From assembly GCA_030704615.1 (NCBI GenBank), contig CM060734.1, forward strand, positions 8,556,001 through 8,620,000: a stretch of 64,000 bases of DNA. The letters run 5' to 3'. Under the pieces are notes generated by a model. That model was not told the DNA's origin, did not search any database, and worked only from the letters and a program-made list of their open reading frames with translations. This DNA is from Takakia lepidozioides. Lineage: Eukaryota > Plantae > Bryophyta. Below are positions 51,340 through 61,721 of this stretch, piece after piece. Made by a program: the position numbers and the translations under genes. Each line of letters begins with the position of its first letter. Position 1 is the stretch's first letter.

Positions 51340-52519
51340 TACTTGCAGCTCTCCTCTGATACCTCTATCTTTTTTGGGTCTCGCCTGTATCATTCTTCCT
51401 CCAATAACAATCTCTTCTTTGTTCAAGTTTTGCCTCTCATGAGGCTAACAGATGTCAATAAGGATGACATAGGTCTCTCTGTTCTCCCCTGGCTGTCTGG
51501 AGACAACATTCCGCCAAATGTGGGAACCAAAAAAGGGCGTCCTTATATGGTGGCCACATACGCGGCTGGGATGAAGTTGATCGAGGCAATGATGTCTTCG
51601 CAGAAGTACTCCCGAAAGCTCGAGAAATCCCACTCCAACGAAGATCTGCAAGTTATGCCAGCAGCGGCAGAGGCCTCTCCGTCAGTTTCTCTGGCCCCTA
51701 TGGACCTGGCTCTCTCTTCTCCACCAGTGGTGAGCCCTGAGCATCTTTCTATTCCCATGTGCATCTATTTTTCTGAATATGGTGCGCCCTCATGCTCGGT
51801 CCTAGCTGATGACAGCTCTGATCCTCTCTCCTTCGATCTTCCATCCATGGCCTTCCCCAGGCACTCACCGACTTCTTCTGCCCTATCTACAATTGCAGAA
51901 TTCATGGGGGTTCCATCTCTTCCCTGCCCTCTCTTCTCCAGTATTGATAAGAACTCCTCTTCCCTAAATGTTTGTTGTTCTCACTCTGACCCTGGTTCGG
52001 TGCCAATTTGGATTGTGGAAACGCCAGAAGTTCCTGCTCCTGTAGGATTCAAGTGGATCTCTTCTCCGCTCCCTCTTGACCCTGAATGAAGTTCGATGTT
52101 TCTCCTTTATAGCCATCAACTCGTGCTATCAACACGGGCTTGCTTGATATTCCTCCATGAGTTGGTGCCTGTCCTCTTGGAACATTAGAGGCATAGGCTC
52201 TGATGCCTCTACGCCCAAGCGTCGCAAACTTCAGCACTGGGCTTCCTCTCTTATTTCTGCTAATGGTATTTTGTTTTTGCAAGAACATAAATTAGACTCT
52301 AAGAAGATTAGTGCTCTTGGTCACTCACTTTGGCCTCTCTCTTCTTCTTGGTGGAACCCTACAATTATGGATACAAGAGGGGGTACTGCTATTCTGATTT
52401 CCCCATCTATTGCCTCTTGCTTCCTCAAAGTCGAAACCTGGATGCCAGGAAGGGTTCAATGAGCATTTACTACCTCTTCCTCTATCTTTGGCTCTTGCGC
52501 TTTCATAAATGTGAATGCC
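51340..52519 (+). mobile_element. L1 fragment: end of ORF1 and N-terminal half of the ORF2 endonuclease
   Basis: MSWCLSSWNIRGIG...ILFLQEHKL...GGTAILI...FINVNA from 52157. Confidence 0.8.
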
Positions 52520-52639
52520 ATGTGCATTTCCATAGGACGGATAGAACTTTGTCACTGTGCCTCTTTCAATTCCCTCTGTCCATGTGCAAGGTGCTGGCAC
52601 GCTCCCCCCCATACCGTTAGCAGTTATTGCGCAAAGGCT

Positions 52640-53090
52640 AGGGGCCGCATTTCCGAGACCAGGTTCATGAAAAACTCTGACAGTGGATTTTTTGGAGTGT
52701 GGGCTCGCCGAATTCGTGGATATGCTTCCGCGCTCGCAAAGTTGAGTGTGGACGGAAATGCGGTGCCGCATTTCCATCCACTATGACACCTAACACATGG
52801 TGGAATGGAAATGTGGTACCGTATTTCCGTCCGGGCTCTTCCTTTCAAGGAGAGTGGACAGAAATGTGGCACCGCATTTGCACTGTGACACCTAACACAT
52901 GGTGGAACGGAAATGTGGTGCCGAATTTCCGTCCGGGCTCTTCCATTCAAAGAGTCTAGACGGAAATCCGGCACTTACACCTAACACATGGTGGAACGGA
53001 CCCGCATTTCCGTCTGAGCGCTCCCTTTCACACCCTAACACATGTTGGAACGGAAATGTGGTGCCGCATTACTGTCCAGACTCAATCTAA
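52640..53090. repeat. Palindromic tandem repeat cluster, probably a transposon subterminal region
   Basis: Four acacctaacacatggtggaacggaaatgtgg units with ggaaatg...catttcc hairpins. Confidence 0.7.
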
Positions 53091-54001
53091 GATGCCTCTC
53101 TTACAGTAGTCATTATTCACCATTTCGACTCAAAATCATTGAGAAGGTCAGCAAACGGAAACAGAAGAGTACAAACGCCAGGAGTTACTAGACTCCTATT
53201 GTGCCATGTTGGTGCATAAGATAAGAAGTCCCATGACAGAAGACGACAGAACTTGCAGACCTCATTGAACAACACATGAATCCCACATCGACTACTTAAA
53301 AAATCCCAGGAAATTGTCATTCACAGGAGGAATCCATACGTCACCAAAATCATTTATTATTCTCGAGGGGAACAAGTCTTAGCATCTCTCCTCTCAATAC
53401 CATTCTCCCCAAATGGATTCTATAAGAAAGCTCCAAGTACAGGACCACCCCCGCCTGCACCCTTTAAACACCCGTAAGAATGTTCATCATACGACAATGT
53501 CCCATTCATTTACCTATGCCGCTGTGTTGATATCGACAACACGAACGACGGAGTCGTCAAAAAACATGTCCAGAATGAGGAGTGGCGCGGTATTTGTCTA
53601 GTCACCATTGCCGATATCTTGATGGAGATGACACACATGAAGATACAACACATCTATATTCATGAGGTTCGTGAAAACATGCAGATATTCCAGGCCAAGT
53701 GGGAGCTCCTCTACAATATCGTTGTGATATTCGCGTACATCCAACACAAACCTGTTCCGATTCTCCCTCAGTATCAGCAAAATATTCCCGGGCCCAGAAA
53801 AATGAGTCAGCAAAAAGGTGAATTCCGTGGTGAAGCAACTCCTGTGAAATTATGTTCGGCGGATCAGTCAGACTAGATGGATTACTTGGATGCGACAGAT
53901 TTCTGTTATAATAACTGTCGTGCGCATACATATCGCTACACAACTACATCGCTGTCCAAACCACACCACACATATATGCACAATAAAGTAGTCTGCCACA
54001 A

Positions 54002-54436
54002 TGATAGAAATCCAACGAACACATTGTTGACACAAAACATGAAAACCAAACCATCACTCTTAGAAATAGTAGTCGAGTCAGGGGCACCCCAAGCTATGGG
54101 GACTCCACCCCACAACAACCTGTACCCCTACATAAGCACACTCAAATCTAAACGCATGCAGGAGCTCGGTCGCGCAGGCTCAACTCGAGAGAGATGAACT
54201 GCGCGACTGCCGCTCTCGTGAAGATAAGACGGACCAGGTGTCAAACTAAACTTGACACCTGATTTAACACTTGACCTAAATCCAAGTGTTAAATACAAAT
54301 AACTAGTTTTATTCTAGCTGTTTTCACACTATGCTTATTTAACTTGACAGCTGTCGTGCGCATACATATCGCTACACAACTACATCGCTGTCCAAACCAC
54401 ACCACACATATATGCACAATAAAGTAGTCTGCCACA
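54002..54436 (-). repeat. 3' LTR (~435 bp)
   Basis: Starts TGTGGCAG directly after the PPT AGGGGGGCGAT and ends TATCA. Homologous to 48270-48655 and ~23620-23710. Confidence 0.7.
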
Positions 54437-54696
54437 ATCGCCCCCCTAGCTGGTGGATAGGTCCCTCTACCTCCAGATAGCTACAAGATGTAATAGCCAC
54501 AGCCGTACTAAGTCCTCTATCACTGTCCCTATTGTACTCAAACTCTATAGACCAAGAGGCCGGGTACAAGAGTAGTCCCATCGTTAGTCGCCATCTTGCA
54601 ATCTGTGAACTTGAGCCAGGACCTCGTGTGTTCAAGGTCTCCTAGTAGCTGGGCCTTGAGTTTCTTGTTAGCTTTCCATGGTTGTATCCACTCCCA

Positions 54697-54924
54697 CTAT
54701 CCAATGCAATGTGGACATAACCAATCCCCATCCGGAACCATCTCAAGAGGTGGAGTCAAGCATCCCATATGCCAACCTCTAGAGCATCGATCGCACACCA
54801 GCATGGTGGCTGCCCCTTTAGCAGACCCACACAACATGCACCTCAAACCTGCAGATATCACTACCAGGTTTGGGTCAATCCTGCCATCGACATTCGGAAG
54901 GTGACATGGCGCACAATTACGCAC
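54697..54924 (-). CDS. PHD finger at the integrase C-terminus
   Basis: C4HC3 pattern: CMLC...LVCDRCSRGWHMGCLTPPLEMVPDGDWLCPHC. Confidence 0.9.
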   Translation of the reverse strand: MRNCAPCHLPNVDGRIDPNLVVISAGLRCMLCGSAKGAATMLVCDRCSRGWHMGCLTPPLEMVPDGDWLCPHCIG

Positions 54925-55015
54925 ATGGTCCTTCCAAGTTATGCATCCCGACCCTCCAAGACCAAGACGCCTGAGGGCAAGACCTCTCGAACCCTCAAAA
55001 TAACACGTCCTGCAG

Positions 55016-56081
55016 TCACATCCAGGGTTGTAGGAGCAGTCTGCTGCAGATAGACATAGTCACCAGGGTTGAATCTCCGAACCCCAGGACGATAGCCCCA
55101 CCACGTATGGTAGCATACCTCAACGTATCACGGTGTTGTGCAATGGCAAGGTTCTCGAAAGCCATGGGCATGACTCTCTTGAACAACTCTGCACGCTGCT
55201 CACATGCACGTGCCCACACGTCCGGATCGTCAAGGTTAAGAACTGTAGCAGCTTCTTTGCGAATGGATGTAGGCAAATCCGGCTCTCGGCCAAAGAGAAG
55301 AAAGTATGGTGAGAAGGAGGCAAGTGATGCTTGCTTGTTGAACCTGTAGCCCATGGCTAACCAGGGTAACTGAAGGTCCCAATCTCCTAGGTGTCCCTTC
55401 TGCAAGCCATACTTGCGCAAACCCCTCTTTACTGTCTGAACAACTCTCTCTGCCAAGCCATCGGCCTCAGGATGATCCCGAGAAGTGGTGCGGTGGTCTA
55501 TCAAGGCCTTGTCACACAAAGCCTGAAACTCCCCCAAGAACTCTCTCCCTTGGTCCGTGAGTACCTCAGCTGGAGCACCGAATCGGCTAAGCACACAATC
55601 CAGGAATGCATACGCAGCTCCCTCACTAGCCTTATCAGGCAATGGAACCAATTCAATCCACTTGGAGAAGTGCTCCACCATCACCAACACGTACTTGTTG
55701 TGGGCGCATGGTCAGTGGCAACGGCCCTGCGAAGTCAAGACTCCACCTGTAGCCCAATCCCATGATCGGAAGAGGGTGCAATTGTGGAGTAGGGGCGTTG
55801 AATGAAGCACGCACCCTGTCACACACCATGCACCTAGCCACAAATTGTTGCACCTCTGTGTGCATACCACGCCACCAATACTGCCCCTGCAGTAGACTAT
55901 GAGTGCGTCGCACCCCAAAATGCCCCAACTCCTCATGGGCATGGCGCACTAACCGTGCCCGCTGTATTGGGTGAGGCACAATCCTCACTCGACCATCCTC
56001 CCACACTCGGAGTAGGTGTGTCCCCTCCCACTTGAACCTCTTGGCTCGTTGTAGGATCCGATCCCTCTCCTTGGCAGTCAA
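55016..56081 (-). pseudogene. Gypsy integrase (H2C2 zinc domain and DDE core)
   Basis: HEELGHFG...YWWRGM...CMVC; LDFAGPLP; EHFSKWIE; LTDQGREF; DGLAERVVQTVK. Frameshifted. Confidence 0.92.
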
Positions 56082-56316
56082 GTGGCTGTCGTGTCTCCAG
56101 TGCGGAGGTAGTCCAACACAACTGAATCCTCATGTATATCTTTGGCGCCACCTTGCTCATTGCTGGCCTCAGGGTCCTCAGACACTTGATCTACAGTCAT
56201 CCCTGTTGCAGGTCCAACCTGGCCTTCCGCTGCCAAATACACAGAACAGATGCATGCCATCCGGGCACCATCTCCTCGTCCGTCTCACCATGCCACCGAG
56301 CTCCAGTGTCATCCTG

Positions 56317-57682
56317 CTAGCTCGTGCATGGATTGTGACTCAACCCATTTGCATTGCGATTGACCAAACCCGGTCGATGCACTACCTGGAAGTCATACTC
56401 TTGAAGGATGAGTGCCCACCGTGCAAGCTTCCCCGTAAGCTTGTCTGACTCCATCAACCACTTGAGTGGTTGGTGATCCGTGACAAGGGTGAAGAGATTG
56501 CCATATAGATAGCACCTGAAGTGTGCCACGGCCCACACTGCAGCTAAGCATTCTCCCTCATATGAGCTATACTTAGACTCTGCAGCATTGTTCGAGCGGC
56601 TAGCATAAGCCACTACGAACTCTCTTCCCTCATCATCCACCTGTGTGAACACCGCTCCAAGCCCCAGCATGCTCCAATCTGTATGCAGCTGAAAAGGATG
56701 CCCCCTGATAGGTTGTCTCAAGATGGGCGCCGAGGTCAACCTCGCCTTGAGCTCTTGAAAAGCTTGTTCTTGCTCATCTTCCCACTGCCACTCCTGGTCC
56801 ACCTTGGTCAGCTTGGTTAGAGCCTTTGCAATGGCACTGAATCCCTTAACAAACCGTCTGTAATAGTTTGCTAACCCCATGAAAGCTCGAACTCGGCTCA
56901 CATCCGTGGGGCGTGGAACCTGTGCAATGGACTCTACCTTAGTCTGCTGTATCCCCAATCCTCCAGGATATATCATGTGACCCAGATACTCAATCTGGTT
57001 GTGGAAAAACTTGCATTTGCCCGGATGTAACTTCAATCCGTGCGTCCTTAAGCGCTCAAATACCCCCTGAAGGTGTCTCTCATGCTCCTCCACCGTAGCA
57101 CTAAAGATGATGATGTCATCTATGTAGCACCGAGCAAACTCCACCCGTGCTAGAATCGTGTCCATGACTCTTTGAAACTCAGCGGGAGCGTTTTTAAGCC
57201 CAAATGGTAAGAACCGCCACTGGTATAGGCAATCCTTCCCGTGCTCATTGATCCCCCAGAATGCCGTCTTTTGCTTATCCGCCTCCTTGATCGGCAACTG
57301 GTGATATCCGGATCGTAAATCCAACGTGCTAAAGACCTTGGAATGCCCAATGGCATCAAAGATCTCCTCTAGTGTTGGCATGGCATACCTATCGGACTTG
57401 GTCTGACGATTTACAGGCCGATAATCACCGCACATACGTCTCTCTCCGTCAATTGCCATAGACATCCTTCTTAGCTGGCATCACTATGGCTGAAGCATAC
57501 TCTCCACCAGAGAGCTCCACCAAACCTGCCTCCCAGAGATCTTGAGTCCTCATCTGAATCAAAGACCTCTCCATGTTACTGTATCTATAGGGTCTCCGAA
57601 AGATTGGCGTGTCAGTGGCCAACTCAATACGGATCTCTTGACCCTTCAGTGCTCCCAAGTCCTTCAAACTAAGGCAAAGCAA
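56317..57682 (-). CDS. Gypsy reverse transcriptase and RNase H
   Basis: RMCGDYR, LDLRSGYHQ, PFGLKNAPAEFQ, YIDDII, LHTDWS, TDHQPL. One frameshift near 57460. Confidence 0.95.
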
Positions 57683-58039
57683 TTCTGTAAGCCCTCAGGA
57701 ACCGCCGTATACGTCGTCTCTCTCCTCCGGTGACAATGGGTCCAATGTCAGGCTCCCAATTGTCCTCCGTAACTGCAACCTTAAGTCCAGTGGGCTTAGA
57801 GGTAGAGGACGCGTCCCGTGGTTGCTATGCTGCAACCTCTGAACAACCCCCTTCCTCCATCACAGGCTGCCTTGGCTGCCAACTCCCTTTGGACCTCGAG
57901 CACCTCCCACGTGTGCCATGGATGTCTACCCCTTGGTCCTCACCGGCTCGCCCCCACTCGCTGCCTGTACCATCTCGGTAGGCAGAGAGACCATGAGGGG
58001 AGTGCACTCCGCACTCTACGTTGCTCAGCCATAGCCAAG

Positions 58040-58990
58040 CTGATAATCCAAGTCAAGCAATTGAGATCCATTGCTTGCCCCAACACCTGACGTCGTGATG
58101 CCTCAGAAAGAGAAGGCACCGCCGTGGTCCCAGTGGAAAACCCCATAGCCCGCTCTCGCTCGTCGGCATTAGCTCCACTAACTGCTGCAACTGAGCATCC
58201 CACAGGAGGCCAGGTCCACCATCCCGAAAGCATGAGATCCTGGAAGCTGAGCAGTGTAGGTAATGCTGCTCGTGGTTGACCCACCCTGTTGACCACTGCC
58301 AAGGGCGAACGGTCATCGTGTCTCACACGTTGAGACTGTCTCCCTGTGTCCAAAATGCCATCCACGGTGAGGTGTGCTGGCCGCTGCACCCCATCAAATG
58401 CACGCTTGAGTAGTGCGGGTGGCATCAAGTTAGTCCACCAAGCCGTGGACGATGAGCCCAAGACCCCATTGCAGCTGCATCCAGTAACACTGCTGACCCA
58501 AGCCACGACCGGACTTGATGCACACTGGCCATCACCCTGGCCCGAGAATCACCCATCAGTGGTACATTCTCCAAGATGTATGCTGGAGATACAGCTTGAT
58601 GAAGCTGCAATCAGCGCAAAATCCGCACCATCTCCCAAACAGACCCGTCCTCGAGTCTCGCAATCCATTGCCATGCCCGCTGATGAATGCCCTTGGCAGG
58701 GCCAACCTGCCACTACCAGTTCAAGGAGCCAACCTGCTCCAAATCCTGCGCCCCCAGCAAAGAAATGTCTGCTGGCAAGGCTTGTTGGTATCCACGAACT
58801 GCAGACACTGGCAACAAGTCAGGGTATTGCTGTACCAACTGAGCAACATGGCGCAGTGAGACGCGTCGTGCAGTCTCATCCCTCTCCACATACAGGTAAC
58901 GTCGAACTCGTACACCTGCCTGTAGCACAGCAGTCAATCCGGTGCTGATCCCGCCAAACAAGTCCAGAAGGCAAATGCCTTCATCTGGAT
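58040..58990 (-). pseudogene. C5 cytosine DNA methyltransferase domain (DNMT3/DRM-like) within pol
   Basis: Motif I LLDLFGGISTG, motif II YVERD, motif IV VVAGWPCQG (58691-58720), motif VI YILENV, motif VIII LDAAAMGSWAHRPRL..TN, motifs IX/X ERERAMGF...RRQVLGQAMD. Canonical order, split by frameshifts. Confidence 0.9.
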
Positions 58991-59087
58991 ACTGCCACAC
59001 AATAGGTGTGGTATCCAATGGTGACAACTGAGGTGGTCTTGGTGCAATACACCGCACTCTCCTCCTCTCCTGACGGAACAAAAGCCT

Positions 59088-59912
59088 CTACCCAGGCTTG
59101 TTGCACCCGTCGATCAGCAACCTGCTGCAAATCCTTGCTCGTACCCCACATGGAGTGTGAGCAACCATGGCAGGCAACTCCGCCATACCATGCATGTCAT
59201 CCTGCTCTGCTGGAGGTGGCACATCCTCTGCATGGGCATTGCCTTCCAACAACTCTCCAGGCCAACTAACTGCAGCTGTAAAGGCGGTTAGTGTTGGCAT
59301 CTTGCCCCGCTGGGCAGCCGCTATACCCCCAATGAATGTCATAGGGAGCTGTGCACGGCGACCATCGCCTGACTGCCATCCACGCCTGTAGGATGCTGAC
59401 TCCTCCCAAAAATCCAAGGTGAAGCCCATAGGGTATAACACTGCCCCACCAACGAGGACATCGTAAGAGACTGCGTCTGTCACAATGGCCTTGGCTCGCA
59501 TTACTGAGCCATCGATAGGATGATCCGGCTGCAGTCTAATGGCCAACTGATGCCGTGTCATGCCCCGAGCCTGCTCTGATCCTCCCAGAGATGTCTGTAT
59601 CTAGAAAGGACAAGGCTCCATATCCGCCTCCATGAGGCCCAAACCTGCAATAGCAGCTCTGCCTAACATCAGTGGCTGAGCTCCCGAGTCCAACAAGACC
59701 CGCAGTGGCCGGTACTTCTTGCCTGCCGGTCCACTCAAAGTGAAAATGCCTCCCTGGTTGTCTAACAAGACAACTCCAGGTGTCACCATGGCGCGCTCAA
59801 AGGCTGGCCTAGCTGATAGCTCCGTCAACCTGACAGTTGCAGCTTGCCAGGGCGCAGCCGTGGCAGTCTTGACCCTCAAATCCGAGGATCCCTCTGCCAC
59901 TACACCTTCCAC
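59088..59912 (-). pseudogene. Retroviral-type aspartic protease
   Basis: RVLLDSGAQPLM and YDVLVGG motifs; in-frame TAG at 59601-59603. Confidence 0.8.
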
Positions 59913-60155
59913 TAACTCCGCAAAGATGAAGTGACCTCCCCACTCTCACAGAGTGTTGCTGCTAGTCGGAACACTGCAGCTGGTCTCACCCCCGGCGTCG
60001 CAATCATTGTTGCCGAGAACAGTGGGGCCTGACACACAGAGGTGGCTGCCCCCAATACACACCGCCGCACTAGCCTTGGCAGCAGGTGTCAGTGCTGCAC
60101 GTGTAGCTCTCCCAATGGCATAGAAACCTCCGCCTCGGTAACAGTCGGGCGAGAA

Positions 60156-61721
60156 CTAGGTGCCATGGATGGCGTTGACATTGTCTCCGCCAAGGTGAAC
60201 GACTGAGGCAGCCTTGCCTGACGGCTTGCCTCCCCACGTTGTGGATCCAACTCCCCCTGCACCTCGTGGCTCAGGAACTCGTGCTGCTCCTCGAGTCACG
60301 GCTGCAGCAGACTCCACCTGCTCTAGTGGTAGTGCTGCTCCGCACATGAATCCCATGCCTCCCATATCTCCTCCCTCAGGAGCAGGAGGTGGACCATCCC
60401 GCCTGGGGCCGGTACCCCCCTGAGCTATAGCCATGACAGCGAGCCTCTGCTCTAGCTGCTGAAGCCGATTGGCCATGCCTTGGTCAACACCCTGACCTCC
60501 GCGTCCTTGGCCATGTGGAGCTTGCCCTTGGCCTGCACCTCGTGCCCGACCACCTCGTCCTCTTTGGGCTGGTCCACCTCGCCTCCGGCCACCATTGTTC
60601 CCTGGAACTGGCCTGGCGCAACTCAGGATGCAAGTCATAACACTGAGCATCTCCATACCCATACTTGCCACAATGCCCACACTGCAACTGTGCAGGCTGT
60701 GCTTGTGTCGGCCTTCTGCCACTCTCTGGGCAATCTCTCTTGACATGGGGTCCTCCACATGTCCAACATATCACCCCTGGTTGCTGTTGGCCTGCAAAAG
60801 ATGCCACGGGCCTCTGCACCTGAGGTCCCCTGTAAGCTCCATGGAACTTGGGCTGGGCAACCTTGCCCCCCTGACCACGCTGTTGAGCGGTTCCTTGTGC
60901 CTGTGGGCTGGCAGCTACTGCCTCGTGTAGGCATGTCCTTGCCAAATCCAATGGTAACAACTCGCTCCTCTACCATGTTGAGCTCAATCCGCTCAGCCAG
61001 CAGAAACACATCTGCTAATGTGGGTTGGGCTGCTTGTAACAGGGTTGCATCTCGCACCCTTCTCTTGAGCTCCTTATCCAAAATTCCATACCAAAACTGG
61101 ATTGCCTGAGCTTCAGTAACCCCTTGGGTCACACTTATCAAGCGCCTCATACGAGTGTACGCCTCTCGCAGGCTCTCACTGGGTTTGCGCTGGAAGTCTT
61201 GCAAACTTCGCAGCTTCTCTGTCCGTACACCTTGGTAGTTTCTCCGCAACTCCTGGAAGAACTCCACCACCGGTTGAATCTAGGCACATGTGTTGTAGTC
61301 GTGGCAGGAGGAGTAGTAGCACCTTTGAACTGGTACCACCTGCAGAAGTACCAGCACTACTTGCTCCACTACTAGTGCTGGCAGTGGGAGCTATTGGTAC
61401 TGACGCAGCTACTGGTCGCGTCGTGCCTCGAGTAATGGAGACGTAGTCAGGTGACCAATACATCCTCCACTCCTCAATCTCTGCTTCATGTCCCCGCCTG
61501 AACTCGTGGTAATCGTCCATAGGCGGGCCTTCCAAATGCTGGAACAGTCCCTTCCACGCCATGAATGGGGTGAATAGCTGTGGATTGCGCATCTGCTGCA
61601 AATCACACCAGCTGTCGAACTCCTGGATAAAGTCATCCAAACTCGATTTGCCCACAGCTCCAGAGTACCTACGAGGCCCCTTGGTAGCTCCATACATCTC
61701 CTCCATGTCGTCCCACAACAA
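60156..61721 (-). pseudogene. Gag with zinc knuckles
   Basis: Retrotransposon gag-like helical region (LRSLQDFQRKPSESLREAYTRMRRL), CWTCGGPHVKRDC and a degenerate CGHCGKYGYGDAQC. Confidence 0.8.

Noticed and set aside
52640-53090. CRISPR-like palindromic repeat array
   Set aside because: Eukaryotic context, irregular spacing, spacers that are themselves repeated, and no cas genes.
58040-58990. DNMT as a host DRM gene or bacterial contamination
   Set aside because: It is embedded between PR and RT on the same strand, with no UBA domains and no DRM-type motif permutation, and it is flanked by plant nuclear sequence.
59601-59603. Programmed stop-codon read-through in pol
   Set aside because: The TAG lies inside the protease domain of a copy with many other lesions, so mutation is the simpler explanation.
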